Shown: positions 51,989 through 64,000 of the stretch, in pieces
Layout of the letters: each line of letters starts with the position of its first letter
Position numbering within the stretch: the stretch's first letter is position 1
Assembly: GCF_009914755.1 (NCBI RefSeq)
Contig: NC_060947.1
Length of the DNA stretch: 64,000 nucleotides
Strand: one strand, 5' to 3'
DNA from: the human T2T-CHM13v2.0 reference genome, Homo sapiens
The notes under the pieces: model-generated
Told to the model about the DNA's origin: nothing
Database searches by the model: none
What the model saw: only the letters and a program-made list of their open reading frames with translations
Translations under genes and position numbers: made by a program

Positions 51989-52652
51989 TGACTCAACTTG
52001 AATATTGTTGGTGTATAGAAATGCTAATGATTTTTGTATACTGATTTTATATTCTGAAACTTTGCTGAAATTGGTTATCATACCAAGGATCTTTTGGGCA
52101 GAGATTTCTAGGTATAAAATCATATTATATGCAAACTGGGACTGTCTGACTTCCTCTCTTTCTATTCGGATGCTTTTTACTTCTTTCTCTTGTCTGATTG
52201 TACTGGCTAGGACTTTCAGTACTATATTGAATAGTATTGGTGAGAGTGGGCATATTTGTGTTGTTCTGGGTTTCAAGCAGAATGTTTCAAGATTTTTCTC
52301 ATTCAGTATCGTATTGGCTGTGGGTTTACTATAGATGGCTCTTGTTATGTTGAAGTATATTCCTCCTTCAATGCCTAGTTTGTTGAGGGGTTTTCAACAT
52401 GAAGTGATATTAAGTTTTATCAGGAGATTATTTTGCATCTGTTGAGATAATCATTTGTTTTTTGTTTTTAATTCTCTTTATGTGACAAATCATATTTATT
52501 GATTTGCATATGTTGAATCAGTCTTGGATCACAGGGATAGCCTAGTTGATTATGATGGATTACCTTTTAGATGCGTTGATGGATTCAGCCTGCTATTACT
52601 TTGTTGAGGATTTTTGCACATACATTCATCAGAGATATTGGCCAGAATTTTT

Positions 52653-52654
<2 letters not shown>

Positions 52655-52704
<50 letters not shown>
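52655..52704. repeat. (TG)n microsatellite, ~24 units
   Basis: Directly visible. Confidence 0.97.
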
Positions 52705-52705
<1 letters not shown>

Positions 52706-53113
52706 TGTGTCTGCTAGGTTTTAGTATCAGGATGATGCTGGCCTCACAGAATGAGTTAGGAATGAATCCCTCCTCTTCCATTATTTTGAATAGTTTTGAT
52801 AGAAATTCTACAAGCTCTTCTTTATAAATCTGGTAGAATTCAGCTGTGAATCTCTCTAGCATTGGGCTTTTTCTGGTTGGTAAGCTACTTTATACTGATT
52901 CAATTTCGGAACTCATTATTGTTCTTTTCAGGGATTCAATTTCTTCTTGGTTCAAGCTTGGAAAGTTGTATGTTCCCAGGAATTTATTCATTTCTTCTAG
53001 ATTTTCTAGCTTGTGTACATAGAGGTTTATGTAGTGGTCTCTGAGGGTTTTTTTTTTTTTGTACTTATGTGGGGTTAGTGGTAACATCTTCTCTTTCATT
53101 TTTAATTATGTTT

Positions 53114-53229
53114 ATTTAGATATTTTCTTTTTTTCTTTATTAGTCTAGCTAGTGGTCTATCTATCTTATTATTTGGATCTTCTCTAATTTTTTCTTTATT
53201 AGTCTAGCTACTGATCTACCTATCTTATT
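53114..53229. repeat. ~58-bp tandem duplication inside L1 H
   Basis: ttttctttattagtctagcta..g.tcta.ctatcttatt occurs twice in tandem. Confidence 0.85.
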
Positions 53230-54245
53230 ATTTCAAAAAACCAACTCCTGAATTTGTTTATCTTTTGTATTTTTTTTTTTTACATCTCAATTTCCTTCAG
53301 TTCAGCTCTGATTTTTATTTATTGTATTCTATCTTTGGGATTGATTTCCTTTAGTTTCTCTACCTCCACTAGGTGTTATGTTAGGTTTTTAATTTGACAT
53401 ATTACTAACTTTTCGATTTGGGTGTTTAGTGCTATAAACTGTCCTCTTAACACTGCCGTAGCTGTGTCCCAGAGATTCTGGTATGCTTTATTTTTGTGAG
53501 TTTTTGACTCTGATTATGTTTCTAATACTGTCAGTGGAGAGGTGAAGTCCAACACTATTATCATGTGGTTATCTGAATCTCTTCCTAGGTCTCTAGGAAC
53601 TTACTTATTAATATAGGTGGTCCTGTATTGGATGCATATATATTTAGGCTAGCTCATTCTTCTTGTTGAAATGAGCCCTTTACCATTATGTAATGCCTTT
53701 CTTTGTCTTTTTTGATCTTTCTTGGTTTAAACTTTGTTTTGTCTAAAATTAAAATAGCAAGCCCTACTGCTTTCTGTGTTCTGTTTGCTTGGTAGATTTT
53801 TTTTTCCATCCGTTTACTTTGAGCCTATGGGTGTCAATGCATGTGAGACAGCATACCATTGGGTCTTGCTTCTTTTTTCAACTTATCACTCTTTGCCTTT
53901 TAAGTGGGGTGTTTTCCCTGTTTGCATTCAAGGTTAGCATTGATATTTGCAAATTTGACCTTGTCATCATGCTCTTAGCTGGTGATTATGCAGACCTGTT
54001 TGTGTGGTTGCTTTATAGTTTCACTGGTCTATATATTTCAGTGTGATTTTGTAGTGGCCAGTAACAGTCTTTCTTTTCGGTATTTAACACTCCCTTCCGG
54101 ACCTCCCGTAAGGCAAGTCTGGTGGTAATAAATTCCCTCAAAATTTGTTTATCTTAAAAACATCTTATTTCTTCTTCATTTATGAAGTTTAGTTTGGCTG
54201 GATATGAAATTCTTGGTTGAAATTCATTTCATTTAAGAGTGTTGA

Positions 54246-60184
<5,939 letters not shown>

Positions 60185-63085
60185 GAGTGTTGAACATAGT
60201 CCCCCAATATCTTCTGGTTTGTATGGTTTCTGCTGAAAGGCATGCTGTTAGCCTGAAGGGTTTCCCTTTGTAAATGCCTTGCTCCTTCTCTCTAACTGCC
60301 TTTTACATTTTTACCTTGGAGAATTTGATGACTACGTGTCTTGCAGATGGCTGTCTTGTGAAGTATTTTGCAGAGGGTCTCTGCATTTTCTGAATTTGAA
60401 GCTGGCCTCTCTAGACAGGTTGGCTAAATTTTCATGGACGATATTCTCATACATGTTTTCCAAGTTGCTTACTTTTTCTCACTCTCTTTTAGGGATGTTT
60501 CAGAGGTTTTCTTCATTCTTATTTAAGTCTTTTTTCTTCATTTTTTTTCTTACAGTTATTTCAGAGAACTGGTCTTCAAGCTCTGAGATTCATTTCTCAC
60601 CTTGCTTAATCCTGTTGCTAATGCTTTTGATTGCATTCTGAAACTCTTCAAGTGAGTTTTTCAGTTCTATTAGATAAATTTAGTTACTTCTTAAGATGAC
60701 CATTTTATCTTTCATTCTCTGTATCATTTTATTTTATTCCTTAGAACCCTTGGATTGGGTTTCTACTTTTTCCTGAATGATCTTTGTTCCTATACACATT
60801 CTGAATCCTATTTCTGTCATTCCAGATATTTCAGCCTGGTTAAGAAACATTGCTGGGGAACTAGTGTGGTCATTTTGAGGTAAGAAGACTCTGTGGATTT
60901 TAGAATTGCCAGAATTTTGCACTGGTTCTTTCTCATCTGTGTGGGCTGATGTTCCTTTCATCTTTCAATTTGCTGTCTTTTTTATTTTTTGTATCTTCTT
61001 TTATGTTCTTGGGGTTTCTATTGTGTTATAACATGGATTCCATTGAGTGGCTTCATTTCTGAAAGATTTTAGGGGGCCAAGGCTCAGTTCAGCACACCTG
61101 GGCTGTGTGACCTCACTCTAGGGGGCTGCTTTTAGGCCCACCATTTTGTTCTCTGGCCCCTTGAAATTAGAAACCTGCTGTTCTTGGGGAGTGGCCATGG
61201 TGGTCTCCAACTGCTGGCCACAACACTCTAATGGGTGCTGCCAGCCAAAGTGCTTCATCAGATGCTGGCTGTGATCTTTCACACATGCCAGCAGTAGAAA
61301 CACAGTGGGGTCCACACTCATCAGGTGGAGCAGGGTGTTGGTGAACATAGTGCTGCCAGATTCTGTGATGTTCACGGTGACAACAGTGGTGGCATGGGGG
61401 GCCAAGGCCACTGATGGCTGCTGTTTGCACATTCACACAGGCAGTATTGGTGTCATGGTATGGGTGGTGGGACTGTTGGTGGTCTCTGTGCATGCATTCA
61501 CCCAAGTGGCAGCATCAGCACTGGGACAGGGTGCTAGTGAGTGCAGGGCTGGCAGCCTCTATGCATGCCTTCATGCCATTGGCTTTGGCAACATGGGACT
61601 AGCCTTCATACATGGGTTCACATTGGCAGCAGTGGTGGCACAGGGTTGGGGGGCACTGGACTTTCTGTGTGCATTCAGGTTCACAATGCCAGTGCAGCAG
61701 GGGGTGGTGTGCTGCCCTCACACCATCAGCAGTTGTGTGCTGGGGTGCATGTGCGAACATGCACCATCCAGGGAGGAGTAGTGAGGTCCATGTGCTCATG
61801 CACCAGTAAAGTAATGAGGGGTGGCCATGCGTGAATGTGTGTTGGCAAAGTGGTACAGGGGAGGCTTCAGTAGGGGGAGGGTACAGGTGAGCTGCTATGC
61901 ATTGATGGCGGTCACTCTGCTGGAGCTCTCTGAAGGTCAGGCGTGGTTTGCCAGTCAGGATCTATGTTCAGGGCCCCCAGGAGGCACTGACATTGGGCAT
62001 CTGAGGATGCATTGCAAGTAGGCATGGCTTGGCTGAGGCCCTGGAAAATAACAGCAGACGGGGGTGCTGATGTTGGACTGACCCCATCCTACAGGTAAGA
62101 TTGTCCTGTTCTGCTCAAGTCCAATCATTTCCCTAAGGCTAAAGTCTCCTAGGGGAGCATGGTGAGCCTTTAGAAATGGGCATCCCAGGCCATGCTCCAC
62201 TGCAAATGTTCTCACAACAAACCCCCTGAGCTCTTCACAGGTTAGAGTCCTGTCCCTCTCATCTCTCTAAGCAGCTTTGCCTGCCAGCTCGAGTATCCAT
62301 TGGGTCATGGGATTTCCTGCTGCCAGGATTCCAGAGATCTGTGGAGACAGGATATCTCTCCTTGCCTGTTCAACTTACCCTTTTCCCAGGAGACATTGAG
62401 AGCTAGGAATGAGTCCTGGTGTGCAGTAGCCCCGTGAAAGGTTTTTAGCTTCCTCTCCCTTTAACCCAGCATCTGTGTCCTCCCTCTGTCCACTCTCAAT
62501 GCCTTGCCTCCAAAGATCAAGTTGGAGTGCACCAGTCCTGATATCCTGGTTCCTCAGTGGCAGATGTTCCTCCTGGCTGCATCTAGTCAGCCATCTTGCC
62601 CACTCTCCATTCAGCTTTCTTTTGATTAGTGGTAGCATGGTATCTTTCTCTATCCCTTTACTTTTTATCTATCTGTGTATTTATAAATAAAGTGGGTTTC
62701 CTGTAGATAACATATAGTTGGAGTCTTCTTCTGTTATCCACTCTGACAGTCTCTGACTTTTATTTGGGATAGTTATACTATTGACATTCAAAGTGACTAT
62801 TTATATTGTTGGTTTAATATCTACCACATTTTTTACTGTTTTTCTATCTTTTGCCTTTCTTTATTTTTTTTCCTCCTTTTTACTGCTCTTTCTGGTTTTA
62901 AATGAGCACTTTATATGATTCCTTTCTATCTCTTTTCCTAGCATATGTTATACTTATTTTTTCACTGTTTTTATTTGTTGCCCTAGAATTCACAATATAC
63001 ATTTACAACTAATCTAAGTATACTTTTAAATAACACTGTACCATTTCATGGGTAGTACAAATATCGCATAACAGAGCTTAAACAA

Positions 63086-63395
<310 letters not shown>

Positions 63396-64000
63396 CATAA
63401 TATATAATCTTCAATTGCAATGTTGCTATTTATTTATTAGCTAAACTAAGAATACAAAAATAAATCTTATTTTACCTTCATTTATTCTTTTATTAATGTT
63501 CTTCCTATCTTTATGTAGATCCAAGTTTCTGACCTGTATTATTTTCCCTCTTTCTGAAGAACTTATTTAACATTTCTCACACTCACAAGGCAGGTTAACT
63601 GGTGACAAATTCCCTTCATTTTTGTTTGTCCAAGAAAGTACTTTTTCAGTTTTGAAGTGTAATTTCACTGGGTGCAGAATTCTATGTCCATGGGTTTTTT
63701 TTTCTTTCAATACTTTAAATATTTCATTATTTCAAGATTTTTCCTTTGTCTTTGATTTTTTGTAGTTTGATTCCGATCTGCCTAAAAAACTGATTTTTTT
63801 TTTTTTTTTGTATTTATCCTGCTTCGTATTCACTGAGCTCCCTACATCTGTGGTTTGGTGCCTTTCGTTAGTTTTGGAAAGTCCCCAGCCATTATTACTT
63901 GAAATATTTTTTCTGTTTCTCTCTTATCCTTCTGATGTTTGCATTATGTAAATGTTGCACGTTTTGTAATTGTTCCACAGTTCTTGTGTATTCCATTCTG

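Noticed and set aside
61118-62215. Cluster of overlapping ORFs in a GC-rich block
   Set aside because: It lies in the 5' UTR of L1 H, similar to B 11833-12250; stop-poor composition explains the ORFs.

Overview
Primate (probably hominid: an L1PA2-like copy and AluY are present) non-coding genomic DNA. Roughly three quarters of the window is LINE-1, which is typical of AT-rich, gene-poor chromatin such as the X chromosome; that location is inferred, not shown. No host protein-coding gene is recognisable, and nearly all ORFs in the track are L1 ORF1/ORF2/ORF0 remnants or Alu and antisense artefacts. The window holds five near-full-length L1s: A 62-5300, C 28205-34372, D 37767-46462, H 46838-62606 and G 54246-60182. 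It also holds a long older L1 (B 11833-19425), truncated or 5'-inverted L1s (E 41663-43935, F 48615-51970 and others), eight Alus, a FAM monomer, an MLT1A LTR and ancient L2/MIR fragments. Most insertions are nested and have readable target-site duplications (TSDs). None of the L1s is intact. The most notable observations are: (1) patchwork sharing of non-consensus variants, including a frameshift, among neighbouring L1s of different subfamilies, suggesting local non-allelic gene conversion or an assembly artefact; (2) a 187-bp polyadenylated non-L1 retrocopy with a TSD inside L1 A; (3) an open ORF0 that reads out of L1 C into flanking DNA; (4) reuse of one target site by FAM and L1; (5) DNA-repair scars (a templated insertion and a hairpin micro-inversion). 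Subfamily names come from recalled diagnostic motifs and are approximate.
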